Shown piece by piece: positions 54,659 to 62,578 of a DNA stretch of 64,000 nucleotides. Source of the DNA: Bacteroidales bacterium (GTDB taxonomy: Bacteria; Bacteroidota; Bacteroidia; Bacteroidales; WCHB1-69); the NCBI GenBank assembly GCA_017650305.1, contig JAGCFD010000052.1:21096-85095 (forward strand), in the 5' to 3' direction. The notes beneath the pieces were generated by a model. The model did no database searches. It was not told the DNA's origin and saw nothing but the letters and a program-made list of their open reading frames with translations. How positions within the stretch are numbered: position 1 is the stretch's first letter; every line of letters starts with the position of its first letter. The position numbers and the translations under genes are program-made.

Positions 54659-55705
54659 TTATGGTTGGGTTGAATCTTGAATGACAACGGTACGTCTCTT
54701 TTTTTTGACCACCTTTTTGACCACGACAGGCTTGGGAGTGTCGGTGACGGTGTCAGACGGCGGCGCGGCATCTTCCTTTGCTACAGGTCGTGACGTGCGG
54801 GGTGCTTTGACGGTGGTGCTCGCCGGATTACTGGCAGCCTCAAGACTTTCATGGGCTGGGAGCTCGTGGGAGTCTGTGTCGAGACTGTCTGTTGCCAAGG
54901 AGATGGGTGGAACGACGTCTGGCGTTACGGTGCGGGAATGGTTGGCCCAAAAGAAGCCTCCCGCTGAGGCTGTGAGCACGCCTGTGGCGATGATGGGAAG
55001 CGTATGCGCATTCATCCATAGGCGGAGTGATAGCGGAGAAGACAGGGACCCTTCTCCGATGGTGATGGGATCCTGTGGTGAGATGGAAAAACCAGCCATC
55101 TTCTGACGGCAATAGCGGTCGAACGCCTTGTCTGGGTTGCTGAATAGTGGAATCATGAACATAAGCAGGGGTTTTCTTTGTTTTGATTTTTCAAATAGGA
55201 TCTTCTGAAGATGTCTGCGTGCCCGTAGAAGATGCGACTTGGAGGTGTTGACAGATATCCCCATGAGATTCGCAATCTGTTGATGGGTGTATCGTTCGAA
55301 GATGTAAAGGTTCAGGACAGTGCGATGATGCTCGGGCAGCTGGGCGATGGCCTCCAGGATCTCTTCTTGGGTGAACTCTGCCTGTCTGATGGCAGCCATC
55401 ATCCCTTCAGCGGAAGCGCTATCGTCATCTTCCTCTGCGGCAGCGAACTCGGAGGACAGCGGTATGGCTTTCCGCTCCTGACGCAGGTAGGCGAGCGCCT
55501 TGTTGATGGTGATACGCATCAGCCACGCCTCGAAAGAACCGAGGCCTTTGTAGGTGTCCGCCTTCTCGATGGCAGTCAGAAACGCATCATGTGCGATATC
55601 CTCTGCCGTCTCGCGCACAGGCACGTAGCGGTAGCATACACCGATCATCTTCGCTATGTTCTGGTTGTACTTCTTCGTCCAGAACGACTTCATTCTTTTC
55701 TTCAT
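54659..55705 (-). CDS. ECF-type sigma-70 factor fused to a TM helix and Pro/Thr-rich, Lys-rich C-terminal extension
   Basis: 348 aa. Region 2 DIAHDAFLTAIEKADTYKG..FEAWLMRITINKA. Region 4 LPEHHRTVLNLYIFERYTHQQIANLMGISVNTSKSHLLRARRHL. Then TM LPIIATGVLTASAGGFFWA and the tail ..KPVVVKKVVKKKRR. Confidence 0.8.
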   Translation of the reverse strand: MKKRMKSFWTKKYNQNIAKMIGVCYRYVPVRETAEDIAHDAFLTAIEKADTYKGLGSFEAWLMRITINKALAYLRQERKAIPLSSEFAAAEEDDDSASAEGMMAAIRQAEFTQEEILEAIAQLPEHHRTVLNLYIFERYTHQQIANLMGISVNTSKSHLLRARRHLQKILFEKSKQRKPLLMFMIPLFSNPDKAFDRYCRQKMAGFSISPQDPITIGEGSLSSPLSLRLWMNAHTLPIIATGVLTASAGGFFWANHSRTVTPDVVPPISLATDSLDTDSHELPAHESLEAASNPASTTVKAPRTSRPVAKEDAAPPSDTVTDTPKPVVVKKVVKKKRRTVVIQDSTQP

Positions 55706-55731
55706 CCTTGCAGTTCAAGTGTTTTCCGCGG

Positions 55732-55739
55732 CAAAACTA
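55732..55739 (-). promoter_or_regulatory. -7 promoter box TAGTTTTG for the sigma operon
   Basis: The reverse complement of caaaacta lies 26 nt upstream of the ATG at 55705. Confidence 0.45.
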
Positions 55740-55899
55740 CATAAAATGCCAGAATCTAAATCGTATTATTGATCTTCTTTTCTTTTTGATTGTTATTGTT
55801 AATCCGAATAGTTTAAGCAAAACATGTTCTGTTTCACCTATAATGATAAGAATAAGTGGAAGGGTTGCACCCGGTAGAAATTTTTTTTCTAAAAAATCG

Positions 55900-55907
55900 T
55901 ATTTTTG
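55900..55907 (+). promoter_or_regulatory. -7 promoter box TATTTTTG
   Basis: Lies 20 nt upstream of the ATG at 55928, which supports the shorter KS start. Confidence 0.5.
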
Positions 55908-55927
55908 CCGCCCTATTAGAATCGTAT

Positions 55928-57148
55928 ATGGACAAGCGAGTTGTAATCACCGGAATGGGAATATGGTCGTGCATAGGCACGACGAAGGACGAGGTGGCCG
56001 AATCGTTGCGTGCGGGCCGTGTCGGCATCGGCAACGACCCCGACCGTTTGGCCTACGGATACCAGTCGGATCTGACGGGCATGGTACCCGAACCGGAGCT
56101 GAAATCTTTATTGCACAGACGGTTGCGCGCGGGCCTGTCGCAGGAGGCAGCCTACGCCTTCATGGCCTCCCGCGAGGCTTTTGAACAAGCCGGTATGGAT
56201 GAGGAATACCTTCTCAACCACGAAGTGGGCGTTATCTTTGGCAACGACTCTTCGTCAAAGCCGGTGATTGAAACCGATCGGATGCTGGTGCAGCGGCCTG
56301 ACACGGAGCTGCTGGGTTCCGGTCTCATCTTCCAGTCGATGAACTCCACGGTGAACATGAACCTGAGCAGCATCTTCCATCTGCGCGGTGTCAACTTCAC
56401 CGTCAGTGCGGCGTGTGCCAGCGGCAGCCATTCGGTGGGCCTCGGCTATCTGCTCATCAAGCAGGGATTGCAGGACACGGTGCTGTGCGGTGGCGCCCAG
56501 GAGGTGAACCAGTTCGCGATGGCCTCCTTCGATGCGCTGGGGGCTTTCTCCAAAAGGGTCGGCGATCCCCAAAGGGCGGCGCGGCCCTTCGACCGCGACC
56601 GTGACGGCCTGGTGCCCAGCGGCGGTGCGGCAGCATTGGTGCTGGAAGACTACGACCATGCGGTGCAACGTGGCGCCACCATCCTCGCAGAGGTCGCCGG
56701 CTATGGCTTCTCCTCCAATGGCGGCGGCATCTCCCAACCCTCCGACGACGGCAGCGTGGTGGCTATGAGCCGCGCCATGGAGATGGCAGGCGTCACCCCG
56801 GCGGACATCGACTATGTGAATGCCCATGCCACGGGCACGCCCCAGGGCGACACGTTCGAGGCACTGGCCATCGACCGCCTCTTCCACGGTCAGCACGCCC
56901 TCATCAGCTCCACCAAGGGCATGACCGGCCACGAATGCTGGATGGCCGGTGCGAGCGAGCTGGTCTATTGTACCCTGATGATGCAGCACGGCTTTGTGGC
57001 CCCCAACGTCAACTTCGAGAACCCAGACGAGGCTTCCGCCCCACTGAATATCGCAACCAAGACGGTCGAGATGCCGCTGAATACGGTGCTGAGCAACAGC
57101 TTCGGGTTCGGTGGGACGAACTCGGCGGTGGTGCTGAAGAAGTGTTAG
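55928..57148 (+). CDS. beta-ketoacyl-ACP synthase (FabB/FabF-like)
   Basis: 406 aa from MDKRVVITGMG. Motifs SAACASGSH, NAHATGTPQGD and MTGHECWMAGA. Confidence 0.9.
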   Translation: MDKRVVITGMGIWSCIGTTKDEVAESLRAGRVGIGNDPDRLAYGYQSDLTGMVPEPELKSLLHRRLRAGLSQEAAYAFMASREAFEQAGMDEEYLLNHEVGVIFGNDSSSKPVIETDRMLVQRPDTELLGSGLIFQSMNSTVNMNLSSIFHLRGVNFTVSAACASGSHSVGLGYLLIKQGLQDTVLCGGAQEVNQFAMASFDALGAFSKRVGDPQRAARPFDRDRDGLVPSGGAAALVLEDYDHAVQRGATILAEVAGYGFSSNGGGISQPSDDGSVVAMSRAMEMAGVTPADIDYVNAHATGTPQGDTFEALAIDRLFHGQHALISSTKGMTGHECWMAGASELVYCTLMMQHGFVAPNVNFENPDEASAPLNIATKTVEMPLNTVLSNSFGFGGTNSAVVLKKC

Positions 57149-57178
57149 GCGCGACTTTCTGGAGAGGTGCCTCAGTCC

Positions 57179-57937
57179 TTATTCTACACAAGTCAGATTG
57201 TCTTGAAACCATTGCCACGCCAACTCGGCTTGGGCGTGCAGCATAGCCATTCCGTTCTGGATATGGCATCCATGATCTATTCCTTGCTGTAGGAATGGTG
57301 TCACGGCAGGATTGTACACTAAATCGTAAAGGAGATGATGACTTGTGAGTGCCTGGTAGGGAAGGGCAGGAAGCTCATTTTCGTGGAGCCCGGCTGTGCC
57401 TAAGGGTGTGCAGTTGACAATGAGATGGTGGGCGCGCATCAGCTCGTCGCTAACATCTTCATATCGTAGGGCGCCCTTTTTTCCGCATCGCGAAACGAAC
57501 TGGTAGGCAACTTGTCGCTTCCGCAGGGCGTATGCGACAGCCCTCGCGGCCCCGCCCGTGCCCAAGATGAGCGCTCGCTCCGGCAACATTTCTCCCGTAA
57601 GACTCTCTGAAAAGCCCATCCAGTCGCTATTGTATCCGGTGAGCAGGGTTTTGCCCGTACTGCGCTCGACTGTCACCACGTTGACAGCTCCAATCTCTTT
57701 GGCTGGCTGGTCCAGGTGATCTAAGTAGGGGATGATCTGCTCTTTGTAGGGATATGTCACGTTGAAACCCATCAGCTCGGGATTTCTATCCAGTAAGCTG
57801 GGTAGCTCTTCCATGGCAGCTAACTCAAAAAGTACGTAACGGCAGTCGGCACGCCCCTCACGAACAAAAAACTGCTGATAGATGGCCGGGGAGGCACTGT
57901 GCTTCAGGGATTTTCCGATGAGTCCGTAAAGCTTCAT
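57179..57937 (-). CDS. aroE: shikimate dehydrogenase
   Basis: 252 aa from MKLYGLIGKSLKHSASPAIY. NAD(P) motif GTGGAARA. ATGA overlap with the upstream dedA-like gene. The track start at 58129 is an in-frame extension into that gene. Confidence 0.85.
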   Translation of the reverse strand: MKLYGLIGKSLKHSASPAIYQQFFVREGRADCRYVLFELAAMEELPSLLDRNPELMGFNVTYPYKEQIIPYLDHLDQPAKEIGAVNVVTVERSTGKTLLTGYNSDWMGFSESLTGEMLPERALILGTGGAARAVAYALRKRQVAYQFVSRCGKKGALRYEDVSDELMRAHHLIVNCTPLGTAGLHENELPALPYQALTSHHLLYDLVYNPAVTPFLQQGIDHGCHIQNGMAMLHAQAELAWQWFQDNLTCVE

Positions 57938-58716
57938 TCGGTTACGTTTTCGCTGTTCTCTGAAGATGCTTTCTTGGCACGGGAACTCCGCACTCCTTTG
58001 AAAATCAAATAGCCAACAAAGGCAAAACAGAGTATCCAAAGACCAATCTTCAATTCGTCGTTGTACTGCTCGATCAAGTCTTGCTGTCCGTGGGCAAAGT
58101 AGCCCAAGAAGGCCAGAACCGTATTCCAAAGCGCGGCGCCGATGGAGGTGAAGAGGACGAAGATGCCGAAGTTCATCTTGGCGAGACCTGCCGGTATGGA
58201 GATGAGCTGGCGGATGGCCGGTATCAAGCGGCCAATCAGGGTGGAACTTTTGCCATTCTCGATGAAATAGTCCTCCGCCTTCTTGATCTTTTCGCTGTTC
58301 AATAACAGAAGATGCCCAACTTTACTGTCGGCAAACCAATAGATGATGGGCCGGCCGAGCAACATGGAGAGGATATAGTTGATGATGGCGCCCAAAAGGG
58401 CTCCTAAGGTGGCAAAAAGGATGACTAACAATACATTAACCACTTTGGACGGGGTGGTGAAGAGCGCTTCGTTATCTTCATTGCAAGCCTGATAAGCGGC
58501 CGGCGGCACAATGACCTCAGATGGAAATGGTATGAAGGAACTCTCTATGGTCATCAACAAGGTGACCGTTCCGTAGTTTAGGTGACTGTTGTACCAGCCT
58601 ATAACTCGGTCTGTTACGGATACTTTTTCTGCAGCCGTGACGGTCGAGTCCGCTTGCGCAAATGTGGTTTGAAAAATGCAGAGTAGGCAGATGGCCAGGA
58701 TTAATGTCTTTTTCAT
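57934..58716 (-). CDS. DedA/VTT-domain family membrane protein
   Basis: 260 aa. Signal/TM helix plus the DedA-like core (..GRLIPAIRQLISIPAG..). Confidence 0.7.
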   Translation of the reverse strand: MKKTLILAICLLCIFQTTFAQADSTVTAAEKVSVTDRVIGWYNSHLNYGTVTLLMTIESSFIPFPSEVIVPPAAYQACNEDNEALFTTPSKVVNVLLVILFATLGALLGAIINYILSMLLGRPIIYWFADSKVGHLLLLNSEKIKKAEDYFIENGKSSTLIGRLIPAIRQLISIPAGLAKMNFGIFVLFTSIGAALWNTVLAFLGYFAHGQQDLIEQYNDELKIGLWILCFAFVGYLIFKGVRSSRAKKASSENSENVTE

Positions 58717-58724
58717 GTTGAATG

Positions 58725-60233
58725 TTAATAGTTGGGAGAATCAAAAAAAAAGTCTTCGGAAAGCTCATCCTCTTCTTCAAAAAGGTCGATCACATCTTCA
58801 AGATTACCAGGGATTTGAAGACTGTAACGCTCTGCCAGCTCGCAGACCTGCGGAAGCAGGAAAGGATTTCCGGACATATAGAAGAAATCTTCAAATTCGT
58901 CCTGGTTCATAGCACTGAAAGCCTTCTCTAAATGGAATGTTCCCTTGTCGTACCATCCTAACTCCATGAAGAACACTCCTTGACAATATTGGATGAAGGT
59001 GTCGTTGATGACCGAATCCTGAAAATAATTTACCAGATCGATGCTTGAATGTATAGCTTCCTGAGTACCATGGTGATAAGTGAGTTGGAGAACGAGTCGG
59101 AAAAATTCATATTCAGACTGATCCATATAGAATAATCTCTCGAAGATGTCAAAAATTTCCTGCTGGTCTTTGACGGGGTGGAGTAGGGAAAGCAGTCTGG
59201 GTGCCAAGGCAAGAAGGACAGGCGTTTCGCTCTCCTTTTTCCAGAGGTCTCGGAGAATGTTTCTGGCCATGGGGAGATTGTCCATGGCTCGGCAAACCTT
59301 GATGATTCCCTCAAACCTGAAGATGTAGAGCGGGTCGGTGGGATCGGCATTGATGAAATCCTGTAAAGCCTGGTCGTATTCATTCATCCGATAATGGCAT
59401 CTTCCAATCATCACATCCACAGGATATAAGTTTGCTCTCTTGAATTCCTGGTATTGCTTCAATGCATGTTCAAAATCATTCATCCGATAATAGCAGTCTG
59501 CCATGTTGAAGAGAATGTGCAGGTTGTCAGGATTCAGGGAATATTGGAATTGGAAAGCGTTGAGCGCATCCTGGTTCTGGCCAAGAGTGAAATAGGTCAT
59601 GCCGAGAAGTCGCCAGACCTCTTCATGCATGGGGTATTCATCAGACAGTCTTGTGAGGAAGCTGAGAAGGTCTTTACTTTTGAAGGAAGTGAAACTGGCA
59701 AAGATGAGCATCTCCAAGTTCACAAGCGTATATTTGTCTTGACTTTCCGCTGTTAAAATATGAGAGAATGCCCGATCTACATCTGAATTTTGGAGGAATT
59801 CCATAGCCAATAGGGCATGGGCTTCAGGCAATTCATATTTGAGTGAGATCGCTTTGTTGAGCAACCGAACCGCATCTACGTCCTTATGGGTCAGCTGGGC
59901 CATGAGCACCTTCTCCACATATACTTCGGGCAAATCCGGGTAGCGTTTCTCGATGGAGTTCAACTCCTTCTCGGCTTCCAAGTGTAGACCCTTCATTACC
60001 AGAAGTTTGGAGTGTAGAAGCATGAAGAAAGGATTGTCAGGAAACAGCTTGAATGCCGCCTTGAATCCTTCTTCTGCCTGGTCAATATAAAATTCATCTA
60101 CAAAATATGAGATGATGTCGAAGAGGTCTTCACTATCCATATAAAACCCTTCAAAATCATTTTCTGCCGCCTCTGAGAATTTCTCCAGCAATGCATCAAA
60201 TTCCAAATCTTCTTCCTCGTCTTCTGTATGCAT
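58725..60233 (-). CDS. tetratricopeptide repeat protein
   Basis: 502 aa. Acidic N- and C-termini and multiple TPR-like 34-aa repeats. Confidence 0.7.
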   Translation of the reverse strand: MHTEDEEEDLEFDALLEKFSEAAENDFEGFYMDSEDLFDIISYFVDEFYIDQAEEGFKAAFKLFPDNPFFMLLHSKLLVMKGLHLEAEKELNSIEKRYPDLPEVYVEKVLMAQLTHKDVDAVRLLNKAISLKYELPEAHALLAMEFLQNSDVDRAFSHILTAESQDKYTLVNLEMLIFASFTSFKSKDLLSFLTRLSDEYPMHEEVWRLLGMTYFTLGQNQDALNAFQFQYSLNPDNLHILFNMADCYYRMNDFEHALKQYQEFKRANLYPVDVMIGRCHYRMNEYDQALQDFINADPTDPLYIFRFEGIIKVCRAMDNLPMARNILRDLWKKESETPVLLALAPRLLSLLHPVKDQQEIFDIFERLFYMDQSEYEFFRLVLQLTYHHGTQEAIHSSIDLVNYFQDSVINDTFIQYCQGVFFMELGWYDKGTFHLEKAFSAMNQDEFEDFFYMSGNPFLLPQVCELAERYSLQIPGNLEDVIDLFEEEDELSEDFFFDSPNY

Positions 60234-60256
60234 GGATTAATTTTTTTTTGAAGGCG

Positions 60257-60264
60257 CAAAGATA
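60257..60264 (-). promoter_or_regulatory. -7 promoter box TATCTTTG for the TPR-dedA-aroE operon
   Basis: The reverse complement of caaagata lies 23 nt upstream of the ATG at 60233. Confidence 0.5.
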
Positions 60265-60276
60265 CTGCTTTTTTTC

Positions 60277-60284
60277 TATCTTTG
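60277..60284 (+). promoter_or_regulatory. -7 promoter box TATCTTTG for the DRTGG/hydrogenase-like operon
   Basis: Lies 48 nt upstream of the ATG at 60333, back-to-back with the minus-strand box 12 nt away. Confidence 0.5.
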
Positions 60285-60332
60285 CAGTCCTATTCATTCT
60301 TTATTATTAACATTAAAATATTGGATTAAATC

Positions 60333-60680
60333 ATGACATTAAAAGAGGTTGCCGACCTGTTACAGGCTACGGTGATTACAGGAGAAGATTTTTTGGACAG
60401 AGAAGTGGAGTGTGTGTTTGCTTCTGATCTGATGAGCGATGTGCTAACCATTAAGGATCATGACGGCTTGCTGCTTTTGACGGGCCTTTGCAATCTTCAG
60501 TCTATGCGCACCTGTGAGATGGCTGACATCCAGATGGTGCTGGTGGTTCGCGGCAAAGTGGTGACCGAGGATATGATTGAAATCGCGGAAGACAACGACA
60601 TTGTGGTACTCTCAACACCATATTCCATGTATAAAACCTCGGGTATCTTATACAACGCCGAACTCCCTTCTATTTACTAA
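60333..60680 (+). CDS. DRTGG-domain protein
   Basis: 115 aa. The pattern ..DHDGLLLLTGLCN.. and the size are typical of DRTGG modules found next to hydrogenase-like sensor genes. Assigned by eye. Confidence 0.55.
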   Translation: MTLKEVADLLQATVITGEDFLDREVECVFASDLMSDVLTIKDHDGLLLLTGLCNLQSMRTCEMADIQMVLVVRGKVVTEDMIEIAEDNDIVVLSTPYSMYKTSGILYNAELPSIY

Positions 60681-60694
60681 TAAAACAATCGCTT

Positions 60695-61108
60695 ATGGAT
60701 TTTCAATATCATGTTGAAGGTGGTGATTTCACCAATGCCGGATCAACCTCAAGCGAGGTGAAAAGGATGCTGAAGAAGATGGGTGTCCGTCCGGATATAG
60801 TAAAGCGGACCGTAGTGGCCTTGTACGAGGCGGAAGTCAATATCGTTGCGCATGCCTACCGTGGCGATATCTTCGTCAACTTGGAGCCTGACAAGGTCTG
60901 CATAACCCTTAAGGATGAAGGGCCTGGAATTCCCAATGTGGAGTGGGCTATGCAAAAAGGCAACTCCACCGCCTCGCCTAAAGTCCGTGAGATGGGCTTC
61001 GGCGCCGGCATGGGCCTCCCCAATATCCAAAACAACTCCGATGAGATGCATATTGACACAGAGGTTGGGGTAGGGACTACCATCAGCTTTGTCAACCATT
61101 TCGCATAA
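60695..61108 (+). CDS. HATPase_c-type anti-sigma regulatory factor / Ser-Thr protein kinase-like ATP-binding protein
   Basis: 137 aa. N-box EAEVNIVAHA, G1 DEGPGI, G2 GFGAGMGLPN. Confidence 0.7.
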   Translation: MDFQYHVEGGDFTNAGSTSSEVKRMLKKMGVRPDIVKRTVVALYEAEVNIVAHAYRGDIFVNLEPDKVCITLKDEGPGIPNVEWAMQKGNSTASPKVREMGFGAGMGLPNIQNNSDEMHIDTEVGVGTTISFVNHFA

Positions 61109-61156
61109 GTTGTGATTATGATGATTTGTTATTTTGTTAATTAACAATAATTTACT

Positions 61157-62536
61157 ATGCAAGAAGATTTCCACCACGCGCTAAAATTCAAGTACGACCT
61201 TTGTATCGGCTGTGCCCATTGTACGGGTGCCTGCCCTACGGGTGCTATTCACGTGGATGACGGACACCCGCGCTTGGACCCGAACCGTTGTGTGGACTGT
61301 GGCCGCTGCTATATCGCATGCCCCGTCAATGCCATCTATATTGAGCAGGACGACTTCCAGACGGTGTACGACTGCAAGTACCCGGTGCTGCTGATGCCCT
61401 CCATTTTTATGGCTCAGTTCGAGGACAAAATCAAGGAGAAGACAATCTTGTCCGCTTTGTATCATATTGGCTTCAAGCATGTCTTTGAGTGTGAGAAGAG
61501 CGTTGACTTTCTCAGGGACGAAATGCAGAAAGCAACGAATGAGAATGACGGGTTGAAACCTTTGATTTCCACATTCTGTCCGGCTATTGTGCGACTGATT
61601 CAGGTGAAATTTCCTGTTCTGGTGCCGAATCTTTACCTTATGAAACCCCCGTTGGACCTGACCGCTTTGTATATTCGTAAGCTGTTGACGGAAGAGGACC
61701 ATATACCCGCGGAAGATATCGGAATCTTCTATGTGACGCCTTGTGCCGCTAAGATCGCGGCTATCAAGAGTCCGGCCACGGAGGAGGAATCTCCTGTGAC
61801 AAAGGTGATTAATATGAATTTCTTGTATAGTAAGGTGATGCGTGTCATCAAACAGGGAGAGTACCAACTCTGTGACGATGCGCGAACCCGTTTCCACCGT
61901 CTCTCAAAATCCAGTCTCAACTACACGCTCACAGGTGGCGAAGCTAATCTGCTCAAAGAGGGCCGCAATTTGGCTATCGACGGCATCCATAATGTCTCGG
62001 AGTTCCTGGAGAAGTTGGAAGATGAGGACATCCAGGACATCGACTTCCTGGAGCTGCGCGCCTGCGATGAGAGCTGTTCCGGCGGTATCCTGACCGCTAA
62101 CAACCGTTTCTTGATGACGGAACGCCAACGCAAACGCATGCAGAAGTCGCCTGATGAGGTGGATGCCGAGGATAACGATTTGCTCAACTACACCGACTAC
62201 CTGGCGCAGCATAAGCGTGTGCTTGGCCATGTGGAGCCTCGTTCTATGGATAAGATGGACGATGACTTGGCCACGGCTATGCAGAAGATGAAGCGCGCCT
62301 TTGAGATCAACTTGAACCTGCCGCAGGTGGACTGCCGTATTTGCGGATACCAATCCTGCAAGTCATTGTCTGAGGCTGTCGTGAAAGGCGATGCGGAAGT
62401 GGACCAGTGTATCTTCATCCAGCGTATTCTGGAGCACTGTGACAAGATGGATATTTCGGAATCCATGAAGGTGATGACCAAGATCTGGGGTACTAAGAAG
62501 ACCAGCTCCTCCATTGCGAAGAATCTGAATCTGTAG
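61157..62536 (+). CDS. [FeFe]-hydrogenase-like protein (2x[4Fe-4S] ferredoxin domain + H-domain-like core + C-terminal 4-Cys domain), putative sensory type
   Basis: 459 aa. Ferredoxin motifs CIGCAHCTGACP and CVDCGRCYIACP. H-cluster motif equivalents STFCP (vs TSCCP), TPCAAK (vs MPCxxK) and ELRACDESCSGG (vs ExMACxxGCxxG). C-terminal CRICGYQSC..C. Confidence 0.7.
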   Translation: MQEDFHHALKFKYDLCIGCAHCTGACPTGAIHVDDGHPRLDPNRCVDCGRCYIACPVNAIYIEQDDFQTVYDCKYPVLLMPSIFMAQFEDKIKEKTILSALYHIGFKHVFECEKSVDFLRDEMQKATNENDGLKPLISTFCPAIVRLIQVKFPVLVPNLYLMKPPLDLTALYIRKLLTEEDHIPAEDIGIFYVTPCAAKIAAIKSPATEEESPVTKVINMNFLYSKVMRVIKQGEYQLCDDARTRFHRLSKSSLNYTLTGGEANLLKEGRNLAIDGIHNVSEFLEKLEDEDIQDIDFLELRACDESCSGGILTANNRFLMTERQRKRMQKSPDEVDAEDNDLLNYTDYLAQHKRVLGHVEPRSMDKMDDDLATAMQKMKRAFEINLNLPQVDCRICGYQSCKSLSEAVVKGDAEVDQCIFIQRILEHCDKMDISESMKVMTKIWGTKKTSSSIAKNLNL

Positions 62537-62578
62537 CTGTTAGCCATTAGCCGTTAGCCATTAGCTGTTGGCTGTTAA
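62537..62578. repeat. heptad array ctgttag ccattag ccgttag ccattag ctgttgg ctgttaa
   Basis: Fills the whole spacer between two convergent genes. The last unit contains the minus-strand stop (AGT TAA) of the radical SAM gene. 62537-62557 is the exact reverse complement of 27617-27637. Confidence 0.85.
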
